A DNA stretch of 64,000 nt from Eledone cirrhosa (Eukaryota), in contig OZ024741.1 of assembly GCA_964016885.1 (NCBI GenBank), positions 111,104,001 to 111,168,000 of the forward strand, read 5' to 3'. This document shows, piece by piece, positions 40,190 through 53,538 of the stretch. Made by a program: the position numbers and the translations under genes. The notes under the pieces are model-generated. The model saw nothing but the letters and a program-made list of their open reading frames with translations, did not search any database and was not told where the DNA came from. Each line of letters starts with the position of its first letter. The stretch's first letter is position 1.

Positions 40190-41945
40190 ATCAACTCCCT
40201 CAGAACTATTTGATGCCTCAATGGGATCATTCAATAGTGCTGATGTATGTGATTTGATTGGTTTATTTATATTAGACTAGCATTAAAGCCCGGCGTTGCT
40301 CGGGGTCATTAAGTTACCAAAGTTAGGTTGCACCACCCATTTTATGGCAGCACTTTTTTGTCTGCCAGGCACTGGGTGAATGAATTGCAGACCTGGAAGC
40401 TGGAGCTGTGCCAGCAGTGACAATTGTAGTTTCGCCTATGGATATTATCTCTGTGCAAAAAAGTGTTGAAATTTATTGTTTCACAGTACTTGCGGAACAC
40501 GCGGGTAGACGATGCCAGCCGAACAACAGAGCTGCGATGGAGTTGTTCTGCATGGTTGTCTGTGTGTTTTCTAAATTTAAGACAGTCGGGAGGGTTGTGA
40601 TATGAGGGAGAGTTAGCTGTTGTTTCTAGCAGGTTTAGTGACCTCATAGAGGATATGTGTTTCCTAAATTTAAGACAGTAGGGAGTGGTGTGATATGGGG
40701 GAGAGTTAGTTGCTGTTTCTAGCAGGTTTAGTAACCTCATAGAGGATATGTGTTTTCTAAATTTAAGACATTAGGGAGGAGTGTGGTGTGGGGGAGAGTT
40801 AGCTGCTGTTTCTAGCAGGTTTAGTGACCTCATAGAGGATATTATTGTTTATCATTATCTATAAAAGGCAGATTGTTGTTGTTGTTGAAGTGAGTGTGTG
40901 TTTGTATGCGTTTGGAAAAGAGGTTTTAAAAAAGATTTATCGCTTGTTGTTGAATAAATGTATCTGTATAAAAGAGAAAGTAGCAAAATGTGTGGGTTGT
41001 AGTTAGAGGTAAGCAGATGATATGAGAGAGTAAAACGGACAGTATCACCATCAAGCTTGGAAAGAGAAAGTAGCAGAAAGTATGAAGTTGTATAGATTTT
41101 GAATGGTAGTGGAAAGAGTTTAGCAGTTTAAATGACAGAGAAAAATCGTAAAATATTGAGTTTTATCTATTTTTTGCATAATTGTGGGTGAAATTGAAAA
41201 AATTAGATGTGCCAAGACGCAATCGAAGCTATTTTGAATACTGAATTGTAAATTTCAATTGAAGAAATTCTATATCGTAGATTTCTATAAGAAAGGATCA
41301 TGACCACACACTGAGCTTTATAGATTATGATACATTACGAGTCAAATTCCTGAACTTCCACATGGATTTATATTGCGATGACAGTCTGACCCTATTGAGC
41401 CATAAGAGTGGTCACAACCTAGACTGCTTTAGGAAAAACCTGAAGGCTACGTTTAACGAGTTAGGACTAAAGATTATTGTAGCTGCCAATCTGACTAGCA
41501 TAAATTACTTTACATCAACCTAGACGTCTGCACGTACACATACAGACTTTTCCACAAACTCAATGAAAAATGAACATATATACACAAGGAATCCTGCCAC
41601 CTGCCAATGGTCTTTAAAAACTTGTCAAAAACATCAGCACTGGGATCTCAAATTTTTCCTCTAACCAGCCCATCTTTAACAGAGTGACACCATACTATAA
41701 CATCATATTAGCCAACAGCAGATTCTAAAAAAAACATGTCTTACTTCCCTCACCATCATCACACTAATAGTAGAAAGAAAAATAGAAATAAAAAAAATAA
41801 TAATTTGGTTCTACCCACCTTTCTCACATGGAGTTAGAACTAATGTGGGTAAGAAATTCGTAGCATTCTTAGACAATCACTTTCCTATAGGGCATAAATA
41901 TAGATCCATTTTTAACAGGCACAGGGCGAAACTTGGATATTCCTA
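40190..41945 (+). mobile_element. Decayed Penelope-like RT fragment split by a Helitron
   Basis: FDASMGSFNSADVCDLIGLFIL|DTLRVKF...LYCDDSL rejoins in frame when 40277-41330 is removed; later IIWFYPPFS...FPIGHKYRSIFNR. Confidence 0.85.
40277..41330 (-). mobile_element. Non-autonomous Helitron
   Basis: Minus strand starts TC and ends with hairpin CCCGAGCAACGCCGGG then CTAG; inserted A|T with no TSD; three ~90-bp internal tandem repeats at 40560-40840. Confidence 0.85.
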
Positions 41946-42242
41946 CCATTATCACCTATTCCTAGAGCATACCTTCATCTGGATCCTCTTGTAGAAAGTC
42001 AGAATCATACCCTCTCCAGCAACAGTGTAACATAAATCAAAGAAGTATTCGATACATGGTATGATGCAGAGTGGATATTTTAGTAAAAGTAGAGGGTCGA
42101 CCACAAGCTAGAGGTTTCTCTTCTTTGTGTGGTCGATCCTCTCCTTTTACTAATATATATCATCATCATCATCATCATCATCATCGTTTTTTATCTGCTT
42201 TCCATGCTAGCATGGTGTACCCTTAGAGACAGAAAATATTGG

Positions 42243-42307
42243 ACAGAAGCAAGGAATTGAACCCTACATCTTTCATATACCATGTGAGCACTTTATCCAC
42301 TATGCTA
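42243..42307 (-). pseudogene. tRNA-like sequence (decayed tRNA or SINE head)
   Basis: A box tagcatagtgg and B box ggttcaattcc at tRNA spacing; stems poor. Confidence 0.45.
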
Positions 42308-42479
42308 AGAATCTATTGACACTTACTTCTGTAATTTTAGAATGCTATATGGCTTGTAGTTAGAAATGTAAACAAACCTTATAATTTTTTAAGCACTGGG
42401 TATTTTAACTCATTTTATTAACTATTATTTATAGTGATCAACTGTTATTACAGTTATTTTCTGAGTTTGGGACATTCAC

Positions 42480-43380
42480 ATTTCCATATATATATATAAT
42501 TTCTTGACATCCTTCTCTCTATCGACCAGGCTCATCACACACTCTCTACCTCCATCTTCTATAAGCCAACTGACTCTCACTCCAACCTTGATTTCACCTC
42601 CTCCCATCCCACCCACACCAAACTCTCCATAACCTATCCCAATTCTTCTGTCTTTGTTGGATCTGTAGCCAGGACCACAATTTCGAGGCCCAGTCCCAAC
42701 ACATGGCCCCCACTTCATCCAACATGGATATCCCCCCATCCTGATCAAAGATGCTCTCACTCATGCCCGTGAAACTGACTGTACCACATTCATCCCTCTC
42801 ACCCCAACATCTGCCTTCCTTTCCCCCTCACCTACCATCCCACCACCCTACCTCTCTGGTAATATATCCTCCTTTGATTCCGCACCCATCACTTCTCGCT
42901 TTTTTCCAAACCCTCCTTTAAGCACACCCATCATTTCCATGACCTCCTGGTACATAGTACATTCCCTTCCTCTCCTAGGTCTCCACCCAGCTCTCATCCC
43001 CGCTATAACCTGTCCCTTCATTTCTAACCTCACCAGTCTCACAAGCACCAATGGTTCATTCCGTGTCTGCCACTTCTTCAACTGCACTTCCATCCACGTA
43101 GTCTATGCTCTCTGGTGTTCCCTTTGCAGCTCCTTATATATCGGACAAACAGGACTCTGTTTGGCAGACCATTATGCTGAACGTTTGAGGGATATACGAC
43201 TTGGTATGAATACTCCCATCACTCACCATTTCTGTTCCCCAGGTCACTCCTCCCTACATGTCTCAGTCCTTGGTGTCCTTTTACATCACAGGCCTCATGC
43301 ACCAGGACAGAGCAATCTGATTTTCCGCCTTGGGTTCAGTTTCCCCAGTGGACTCAACTCCCCTTCCCAATTTCTTTAAT
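42480..43380 (+). mobile_element. Decayed Penelope-like element of the canonical GIY-YIG type
   Basis: FNCTSIHVVYALWCSLCSSLYIGQT...HHF...H; upstream thumb-like remnants with stops. Confidence 0.75.
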
Positions 43381-43764
43381 CTTACACACATATGCTTGTG
43401 CTTACTTCTCTACCCCTTGCCACCATCACCTTTATCCCGTCCGTTGTCACACATGTATGCATACTTTCACTCCAAGGTTCCTATGGCTCTGTTATGGTCA
43501 GAAACATACACTCTTACAGCTTATACAGACCAACAAAAATTGCACACTCACCTCTACATTTACTCTCACAGCTCTGTATACATACACACACACACACCCT
43601 TATATACACATACTTTTGCTCACAGCTGCATACTTACAAATATAGATGTAGGGTGATGGGGTAGTAGGTGAAACACAAGCAACTATTGGGGCAGCTGAGT
43701 CAACAAGAGGGATTTAAAAAATTATTGTTCACATTTGACCAAGAACCTTTGCAGTCATAATAAT

Positions 43765-43950
43765 TGTTTCTACTTTGGCACAAGCCCAGCAATTAACCAG
43801 TACATTACTGGTACTTTATTTTATCGACCCTGTAAGGATGAAAGGCAAAGTTAACCTCGGCGGGATTTGAACGCAGATCGTAAAGGGACGTAACTATGCT
43901 GGAAAGCATGGCGTCCGACTCTCTACCGATACTGCCAATTCACCGCCCTT
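43765..43950 (-). mobile_element. Full-length tRNA-derived SINE
   Basis: Flanked by TSD ttgcagtcataataat; A/B-box-like head. Confidence 0.9.
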
Positions 43951-44139
43951 TTTTGCAGTCATAATAATGCAAGCATATGGAATGTGAACTAGATATTTAG
44001 TGATCACAAATTTATATTCCATATCCCCACTCCATTCTCCCTCTGAACTTATGGTGGAAACCTACAAAAAAGGAAATGAGAAAGGGGAAGTAAGCACCTG
44101 GAATCTACCTGGATAAACCTGCTTTGCAGCATAGACTTA

Positions 44140-44272
44140 CGGCCCTTTACGGTCGGAGTTCAAATCCCGCTGAGGTTAACTTTGGTTTTTATCCTTATGG
44201 AGTCAATAAAATGAAGCACCAGTAATGCACTGGGATAATTGCTGGCCTTGTGCCAAAAGTAGAAACAATTAT
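44140..44272 (+). mobile_element. Truncated copy of the same SINE
   Basis: ggagttcaaatccc...gtgccaaaagtagaaacaatt. Confidence 0.8.
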
Positions 44273-44342
44273 ATAATAATATATTTTTTTAATTGGTTAA
44301 ACATACAGAAAAAGAAAGCAGTATTAGAAAGAACTATAAATG

Positions 44343-44378
<36 letters not shown>

Positions 44379-44500
44379 AAAGTTATATTTAAATTGTTGG
44401 GTTACAACTAGTAAATATTTATAACTGATATAAAAGCACTCAACAAGTATTTGGAGTATATTTACGATATTAAATAAATGGAAACTATATTTATAAAACC

Positions 44501-44578
44501 ATATTTATTTCATTATATATATTTCAGGGATATCATATTAACAATATGTTATGCCTTCTTCAGACAAAATACAATATA
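44501..44578 (-). ncRNA. Hammerhead ribozyme (left arm)
   Basis: Reverse complement of 48369-48446. Confidence 0.8.
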
Positions 44579-45396
44579 GACAGTTTTATAGATAAATAGA
44601 TTTGACATACCGTTCAACATCGACTTGTATTTGAAAAAGTTGATTTGGCAGTGAAAAATTGTAAACAGAAAGAAAGAAAGAAAGAAAGAAGGAAAGAAAG
44701 AAAGAAAACGAAGAAAAAGAAGAAATGCATGCAACAAAATAGAGAGATGGAAAGATAGATAAAGAGAAGAACTTCATGTAAAGAAACAGAGAGAGATATA
44801 TATAGAGAGGAAATAGATAGAGATAGATATATATAGAGAAAAGTAGGTAGTTGAACGACGTATCAATGATACATTTATTTATTTATTTATTTATTTAGCT
44901 CTCGTATTAATGTAAGGGAGATATATGTGGTTAGGAAAGAAACCAGCCGTTATATAGAGAGAAAAATGAAAAGTAACCAGACATAGGCGAGGCAGAATTT
45001 AAAAACCCTATGTTTTAATGTAGAAATATTAGTTCGTATAAAAACCAGGCACTATAATGTAAATATCAGTATTCCTGAATGAGACACGTATCTATAATGT
45101 GTGAAAAGTAATGATCTTATGTCTAGTTTTAAAAATTCATATGTTTATATGATAACTACAAACATCGATGTGAATTTACGTGATCAACTCTGCAAACCCC
45201 TATTTCACACGGAGAACATTCTCATTGTGCTATAAAAATTTAAGTATACATATATGTGTACATATACACATATATATAGAGTCTATATTAATTTTAACAA
45301 TACTATTCTTGTCTTTACTCTACATGATTATCTATCGAGCAGAAATAGAGAACAGATTTCAATATATTAATAAAAATATCAGAAACAAGAACAAAA

Positions 45397-45439
<43 letters not shown>

Positions 45440-46080
45440 CAAATAAATAAAATAGAAAACTAAAAAATATTACATATTAAAAATGAAAATATTAAAAATA
45501 TTAAAAAATATTAAAATAATAAAAACATAATATGCCACGCAAATCGACCACAAAGATCAACCCTTCAAAATTAATTGACAATATATTGCCAAGTTCATTA
45601 TAAGCATCAGAGTCGAAAACAGATAAAGCTAAAAATTATTTACCAAATCGCGTCTAGCAGAAATCATTTCAAAAGTTTAGGATGCTCATTTGGTCTACAT
45701 ATGTTCTTATATTTAATATAGAAGTTTATCTAGTGTAACGTTTATTCGATATATTTGGAGCATCAACTTTTAGGGTAGTTTAATTTTTCATGAAGAATGT
45801 TTAAAATAAAAATAAAAATAAAAAGAAGAATAAAAAGAAGAAATCGAAAGATTTATCGGCTAGTTTCCCAAATAATATACAGTTGTATATTATATTTTTA
45901 ACTAAGCAGTTGTTATTTAACGGACATTTAGATCTATCTCTACAGTTACATTTGTTAACTTGTATATTATTTATGCTATTATCGCTAGGTTTTAAGTTCC
46001 TATTATTTATTCTATTAATATTTTGTGCTAAATTTTTGGTGGATGAGTAGGTTAATTTTATAGTATGTCTATTTCACAAG

Positions 46081-47055
46081 TTGAATGAAAACTTAAACTA
46101 TGTCAGCTTTAACTCTAACCACCCCAGATCTGTCAAAAACACTATAGTAAACTCTGTTCAAAAACGTATCTCTAGAATCTCGTCTAATAGAAAGATTTTC
46201 GACGAAAAAGCCCAGTACTACAATGAAGCGTTAGCTAGAGCAGGATATAGTGATAAGATTATGTACATAGATAATGATAGACAAACTAAACAAAATAACA
46301 ACTATTTTAATTACGGCCACAACCTTAACAACTATAATAGAAAGCATTACAATAATTCCAAAAGCCAAAAAAGAAATAGAACTAGGAACATAATATGGTT
46401 TGCCCCCCCTTTCTCACTAAACATTAAAACCCACATCGCTAAACTATTTTTTAAAGCTCTTGATAATCGCTTCCCTAGAACACATAGGTATCACTCAATT
46501 TTCAATAGACATACTATAAAATTAACCTACTCATCCACCAAAAATTTAGCACAAAATATTAATAGAATAAATAATAGGAACTTAAAACCTAGCGATAATA
46601 GCATAAATAATATACAAGTTAACAAATGTAACTGTAGAGATAGATCTAAATGTCCGTTAAATAACAACTGCTTAGTTAAAAATATAATATACAACTGTAA
46701 TGTTAAAACGGACTCTAATTCTTTTAACTACGTCGGTTCCACATCGACGGAATTTAAACTTCGCTATAATAACCACAAGAATTCTTTCACAGATCCAAGC
46801 AAAAAATCTTCAACAGCACTATCAGGCGTACTCTGGCAACTTAGGCAAGATAACGTTAGATATTCGACGGCTTGGAATATAGTCTCAAGAGGGATTCCTT
46901 TTAATTCATCCTCTGAGACATGTGACCTCTGCGCGGAGGAGATATTCTTTATACTAAAATCTAAAAATTCCCTTAATCTACGGACAAATTTATTCAGTTG
47001 CTGCAAACATAGATTGAACTCAACTTTTAAATATAAATTTAAATTTAAAATGTAG
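46081..47055 (+). CDS. PLE thumb-linker-GIY-YIG endonuclease (5'-truncated, no RT core)
   Basis: SNHP, IIWFAPPFS, CNCR..CPL..C, IIY..YVGST..FKLRYNNH, CDLCAEE..LNLR..CCKH; 324 codons open. Confidence 0.88.
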   Translation: MNENLNYVSFNSNHPRSVKNTIVNSVQKRISRISSNRKIFDEKAQYYNEALARAGYSDKIMYIDNDRQTKQNNNYFNYGHNLNNYNRKHYNNSKSQKRNRTRNIIWFAPPFSLNIKTHIAKLFFKALDNRFPRTHRYHSIFNRHTIKLTYSSTKNLAQNINRINNRNLKPSDNSINNIQVNKCNCRDRSKCPLNNNCLVKNIIYNCNVKTDSNSFNYVGSTSTEFKLRYNNHKNSFTDPSKKSSTALSGVLWQLRQDNVRYSTAWNIVSRGIPFNSSSETCDLCAEEIFFILKSKNSLNLRTNLFSCCKHRLNSTFKYKFKFKM

Positions 47056-48263
47056 TATATTTAGTTTGATTTGTAATTAGTTGGGAAACTAGCCGATAAA
47101 TCTTTCGATTTCTTCTTTTTATTCTTCTTTTTATTTTTATTTTTATTTTAAACATTCTTCATGAAAAATTAAACTACCCTAAAAGTTGATGCTCCAAATA
47201 TATCGAATAAACGTTACACTAGATAAACTTCTATATTAAATATAAGAACATATGTAGACCAAATGGGCATCCTAAACTTTTGAAATGATTTCTGCTAGAC
47301 GCGATTTGGTAAATAATTTTTAGCTTTATCTGTTTTCGACTCTGATGCTTATAATGAACTTGGCAATATATTGTCAATTAATTTTGAAGGGTTGATCTTT
47401 GTGGTCGATTTGCGTGGCATATTATGTTTTTATTATTTTAATATTTTTTAATATTTTTAATATTTTCATTTTTAATATGTAATATTTTTTAGTTTTCTAT
47501 TTTATTTATTTGTTTATTATTATTATTATTATTATTATTATTTTTTTTTTTGTTCTTGTTTCTGATATTTTTATTAATATATTGAAATCTGTTCTCTATT
47601 TCTGCTCGATAGATAATCATGTAGAGTAAAGACAAGAATAGTATTGTTAAAATTAATATAGACTCTATATATATGTGTATATGTACACATATATGTATAC
47701 TTAAATTTTTATAGCACAATGAGAATGTTCTCCGTGTGAAATAGGGGTTTGCAGAGTTGATCACGTAAATTCACATCGATGTTTGTAGTTATCATATAAA
47801 CATATGAATTTTTAAAACTAGACATAAGATCATTACTTTTCACACATTATAGATACGTGTCTCATTCAGGAATACTGATATTTACATTATAGTGCCTGGT
47901 TTTTATACGAACTAATATTTCTACATTAAAACATAGGGTTTTTAAATTCTGCCTCGCCTATGTCTGGTTACTTTTCATTTTTCTCTCTATATAACGGCTG
48001 GTTTCTTTCCTAACCACATATATCTCCCTTACATTAATACTAGAGCTAAATAAATAAATAAATAAATAAATGTATCATTGATACGTCGTTCAACTACCTA
48101 CTTTTCTCTATATATATCTATCTCTATCTATTTCCTCTCTCTATATATCTCTCTCTGTTTCTTTACATGAAGTTCTTCTCTTTATCTATCTTTCCATCTC
48201 TCTATTTTATTGCATGCATTTCTTCTTTTTCTTCTTTTTCTTCGTTTTCTTTCTTTCTTTCCT

Positions 48264-48294
<31 letters not shown>

Positions 48295-48368
48295 GTTTAC
48301 AATTTTTCACTTTCAAATACAAGTCGATGTTGAACGGTATGTCAAATCTATTTATCTATAAAACTGTC

Positions 48369-48446
48369 TATATTGTATTTTGTCTGAAGAAGGCATAACA
48401 TATTGTTAATATGATATCCCTGAAATATATATAATGAAATAAATAT
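48369..48446 (+). ncRNA. Hammerhead ribozyme (right arm)
   Basis: tattgtattttgt CTGAAGA AGG..CATATT-GTT-AATATG..CCT GAAA TATATA TA atgaaataaata; AUA site. Confidence 0.8.
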
Positions 48447-48481
48447 GGTTTTATAAATATAGTTTCCATTTATTTAATATC

Positions 48482-48520
<39 letters not shown>

Positions 48521-48719
48521 CACTCGTACACTACACGGCCATTAAGAAAATGCATTTATATAAATTTTAAAATTCTACAAAAGAAAGATAAATATTAAAT
48601 TTAGAATTTACATGTGGGATAAATCTATTTAAAAATACTATGGGGGAAAGAGACAAATATATATATATTTGTCTCTCCTTCCCCCCTAGTATATATTGTA
48701 TCTATATGTGTGTGTGTGC

Positions 48720-49030
48720 ATGTTTGACCTCTGTCGGTTCTGATGACAAGTGTTCCAGGTATTCACACAATGGAACAACCTGCTTAAAAAATTTACTTTC
48801 AAGTCACTGAGCATATTTCAGATATGTGCATTCAAAATGTAGTTCTCAGGGAGATTCAGCATGACACAGTGAGTGAGCCTTTTGAATTATGTTATGACTG
48901 ATCAGATTTTTGCCTGCTGAGTGGACTGGAACAATGTAAAATAATGTATCTTATTCAAGAAGACAACTCATCACCACTTATCAAACTCATGACTTTTACT
49001 ATTATGAGCCAAACATCCTAACCCCTATTG
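48720..49030 (-). mobile_element. Old CORE-type SINE
   Basis: gctgagtggactggaacaatgtaaaataatgtatcttattcaag is a diverged reverse complement of the CORE segment at 39460-39505. Confidence 0.65.
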
Positions 49031-51385
49031 GTAAATATAAACTGAACTACAGCTAATCTACATACACAATTATATGATGTACAATAATATAGAAAACGTT
49101 TCCTTTATTTCACATTGCTCCAGTTTACTCAGCTGTAGAAATGAGATGATAGGACTGGGTTCCCTATCATTCCACTGCAAAGTGGTCATGGAGGTGCCAC
49201 AGCAAAAAAGCACCCAGCCCACACTGTAAAGTGGACATGTAGGCGCCACGGAAAAAGCACCCAGCACTCACTGTAAATGAGGTTGGTGTTAGGAAGGGCA
49301 TCCAACTGTAGAAATCAAGCCAGAATCAGTTCCTGTCCCACCCTTGCAAGCAGGGAAAAGCGGACGTAAAATGATGATGATGATTCCTTATATAAGAATC
49401 TGACGTTTTCTTTAGCAAGAATGACATAGTCAATCAAATCAACTCATTTTATTTTAATGACCCAGCCAAAATAAAGGGAAGTTGACCTAAAGGGATTTTT
49501 AACTCAATAATGTTAGGCATTTAATTAATTGCATTGCTCTTTCAACCAGCAAGTTACCTTTGATATAATATATTCCTTGGTGAAGCACAATGCCAATTTT
49601 TGTGGAGAAATACATATATTAGGTTAATTAGCATAAATATGTTATTGTTATTTACAAAATAAATACCAATGAATCCCTTGAGGATGAAATCAAAATTGAT
49701 CTCATTCAAGATTTGAACTTCTTCTAAGAATAGTTATCCTAGTAATTAGATTCATAGCAGATGTTATTAGAATGTTGGAGAGAAGACTTCACAGTATTCA
49801 TTCTAGCTCTCTGAGTTCGGAGTTCAAAGCCTGCCAAGGTCAGCTTTCCATTTCATCCTTTCAAGATTGATAAAAAATGCATCAGTCCAGTACTGAGAGG
49901 GGATTCTTTCTCTATGTCTCTTTATACTTTCTCTCTCTCCTCCTCTAGAAGAAATTGGTTGTAATTAGAACTGTAGAGGAATGATGCCCCCCACTATGAC
50001 TGCACAAAGAGTTATCAGCTCATATATACAAGTTAGATTCAATAATATATCAACGTGTTGGCCACATACACTACCATCTTTCATTAGATTGTATGACGTT
50101 CATTCTTTTCTTAAAGACAATAAATCTATATGATTGGGAGGAAAATGGCTACAAAATATGTGATGAAGTTGGCATAAACATTTGATTTTATATTGGTTTC
50201 TCATATGGATAACAACAACACAACAAGCATTTTAAGGACATTTCCTTCTCCATTATCTTTAACCATGTCTTTCTTGGTCTTCCTTTTCTTCTACTCCTTC
50301 CACATAAATTTCTATCACTTAGTATTGATCCATGATGCACTCTGGCCTTCACTTCAAACTCCTTGCTGCTCCCATCCTTCATCCTTACATAGTGTGTCCA
50401 GGACTACATTATAGAATGTGGGGCTTTGCATTTTTTTAGGGATGTTAGAATGTAATTTCTAGCAGGTTCAGTGATTTATTGACCAGAAATAATAAAATAA
50501 AAGATATAGTTGACGTAATCAATACAAGTACATACTTACTACTTATTTCATTGACCCAATAGGAAGGGAAGTATTTTAACCCTTTAGCAATTACAGTGCT
50601 CAATATTTACTACTGTATTTTCATGGTAAACACTTTATTTCACATAATTATCTCACATAATAGCGAATCTATGAGATTTTGATATTATTTATTTTGGGAA
50701 CAATACTTTAACATCAGTATGAGTGGCCAGTTATGGCCAGTTTGAACAGGAAAAGAGGTGAAAGAATTTTGGTAAATATAAACTGAACTACAGCTAATCT
50801 ACATACACAATTATGTACAATAATATAGCAAATGTTTCCTTATATAAGAATGTGACATTTTCTTTAGCAAGAGTGACATAGTCAATCAAATCAACTCATT
50901 ATATTTTAATGACCCAGCCAAAATAAAGGGAAGTTGACCTAAAGGGATTTTTAACCCAATAATGTTAAGCATTTAATTAATTGCTTTGATCTTTCAGCCA
51001 GCAAGTTACCTTTGATATAATATATTCCTTGGTGAGGCACAATGCCAATTTTTGTTGAGGAATATATATATTAGCTTAATTGGCATAAATATGTTATTGA
51101 TATTTACAAAATAAATACCAATGAACCCCTTGAGGATGAAAGCAAAATTGATCTCATTCAAGATTTGAACTTCTAAGAATAGTTATCCTAGTAATTAGAT
51201 TCATGGGTGAGAAATTGGGAGTCATTAGAATGATAGATTCAAAGTATTCATATGATGAAGTTGGCATACACTTATTTTATATTGGATTCTCATATGGAGA
51301 ATATAACAAGCATTTTAAGTTAATTTCCACATTCATTATCTTTCTTGGTTTTCCCTTTCTACTTCTTTCCACACTAATTTCTATC
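49027..51385. repeat. Local tandem duplication
   Basis: 49027-49753 (minus the SINE) matches 50769-51203; 50130-50320 resembles 51230-51385. Confidence 0.85.
49102..49383 (+). mobile_element. 5'-truncated CORE-SINE with RTE tail
   Basis: Absent from the duplicate copy at ~50838; ttcctt TSD; (GAT)n tail. Confidence 0.88.
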
Positions 51386-51419
51386 ACTCCTCTCACTCTG
51401 TTGCTTTCATCATTCCTCA

Positions 51420-52130
51420 ACATATGACCAAATCATGTCATACCATTTCTCTTCATAATATTCATCACTGATTCTATTCTCATCATCCTCAACAATTCAT
51501 TATTTGTCTTCTTTTCTCTGAGTGAGACTACACTAATTCACTGGAGCATTCTCATTTCTGTTCTTTCCAGCCTTCTCTACTGCTCCATGTTCATCACCCA
51601 TGTTTTGCTACTATAAATCATGGTACTTCTCACACATGGATCATACACCTTTCTTTTCAGTTTCAGTGATACTCCCTCCTCATAAGCACAAGTCTTAGTT
51701 CCTGGAACTTCTTATATGCTCACCTCACTCTAGATATTGTCAGAGTCTCATCCATCTTCTCCATTCAAAATGTTTTCACACCTTTCATCTTCACACTGTA
51801 CCAAAGATCCAACTTACCATCCTCTTCATCTGTAGCTCCTTCCATACACTTGAATGTAGTTGCCTCATTATTTCATAATCTCTTCACACCACTACATTTT
51901 TTATGTACCCACCAGTGTATATTGTACATTTAATGGAGTTCTCTCCAACATCTTTCCTGTACATTGCACACAGCTACCTTCCTGTTCTTTCCATTTCACT
52001 ACTGTTTTATTATTTGCCGTCACCTTTGTCTTTCCAATATTCACCTTCATACCTTTTGTCTCCACATATTGCTTCCACATAATAACTTTCTCCATAAGTC
52101 CCTCCATACACAGTTTATTCTGACACCAGC
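51420..52130 (-). mobile_element. Old, highly decayed RTE-like RT fragment
   Basis: WKQYVETKGMKVNIGKTKV...CVQC; RTE-like remnants further downstream. Confidence 0.65.
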
Positions 52131-53355
52131 ACTACTACTTTTCAACACTAACATAAAATTGATTGAGATAAATTATTGGGTTGATCACAGAGAAAAATTG
52201 AGACGATGAAGTTCACATATAGATAAAGTAATAAAGATATTTTATGTTTTATTTATTTCTTAAATTTCAGAAGAACATTAATCTTTTTTATAAAGATTCT
52301 GTTGTGTTCATACCTTTCATGATGCTATTAGAAAGATAAGTAAATCCACATATCTATTATTGCTGTTTAAAGTCTATTTTTCTTGCTTACATAGGTTAGA
52401 CAGATTTTCACATAGTTTGGCCAGACTGGTCAGGTGAGCATGTCTTGCTCATGTGCTTCATTTTTGGCTTAATTTTGTGCAGCTTGGTATCATTCCTAAA
52501 ACTGACCACTTTACAGAATGTTCAATGAACATTTTATCATGACTCTGGCACTATTACCTAACAGTCTGGAGTCAGTGCATTTTTATCATGGCATTATCAC
52601 TAGTGAATAGAAAAATCAGTACCTTTCACAGTATAAACCAATATTTTCTGTTCAGCTGCCTATGGCATTTGATAATGCCACATTTACTTGTATCACCCCA
52701 CATATAAGAAAAAAACTAGTCTTGTATACAACACAATTTATTGCATAATACTTTGCTGTGCTACAAAAGCCCTGTCCACCAATACAAACACAGCAACACT
52801 GAAAATACATGCATCTATAAAACCTAAAAGTAATTTCCTGATTGGAATCATCAAATTTAACCCATAGGATTCTGAAATTTCCATACAGGGGTGAAATCTT
52901 CATAGAAGTAAGAATTGCAGCTGTTCATTTCTAGACTGCAGATCAAATAGTACAATATACTGCAGATCAAATAGTACAATGACTCTAGAGAAATAGAAGA
53001 ATTGAAACTTTGCAACAAAATATGTAATTATTTCTTATATAGTCACAAGGCTTTGGATCCATCAGGAAATGCAAAGGTAGTTTTGTAGTGTTCATACTTT
53101 TTGAACAGAAATTAGCAATGTGGATCAAAGAAAAGGATTTTAATGAAGCTGTCAAAACTAGGTCAGATCAGGAAGTCAATAAAACTAGGTCATGAAGATT
53201 TAACTCTAATTACAGATTAAAGCTAAATTTTTAAGTGTTTAGCTCTAATCTGTGGCATCTGTTCTAACATGATAAATAATATGTGGAATCAAGTTTGGAT
53301 TACCAAGAATTACCAACAGATCTTGGAAATTTCTATCCAACAATTATAAAAATAA

Positions 53356-53538
53356 TTGTTTATACTTTTGGCACAAAGCCAGCAATTATCCAGTACATTA
53401 CTGGTACTTTATTTTATCGACCCCGTAAGGATGAAAGGCAAAGTTAACCTCGGCGAGATTTGAACTCAGATCGTAAAAGGACGTAACTATGCTGGAAAGC
53501 ATGTCCGACACTCTACCGATACTGCCAATTCACCACCC
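53356..53538 (-). mobile_element. tRNA-derived SINE
   Basis: Same family as 43765; TSD ttataaaaataat. Confidence 0.9.

Larger units (their letters stand above)
44378..48483 (+). mobile_element. Penelope-like (Naiad-type) foldback insertion with ~1.4-kb inverted arms around a GIY-YIG ORF
   Basis: 44464-45871 is the reverse complement of 47081-48483; 45878-46071 is the reverse complement of 46506-46699; (TA)n on both flanks. Confidence 0.93.

Noticed and set aside
45065-45115. CTGAATGA...GAAA hammerhead-like string
   Set aside because: Extra core base and no stem I pairing after the putative cleavage site.
52271-52339. Possible 5' UTR exon of the patatin gene (tttcag...gtaaat)
   Set aside because: Only splice-like signals with a weak donor; cannot be supported without transcripts.
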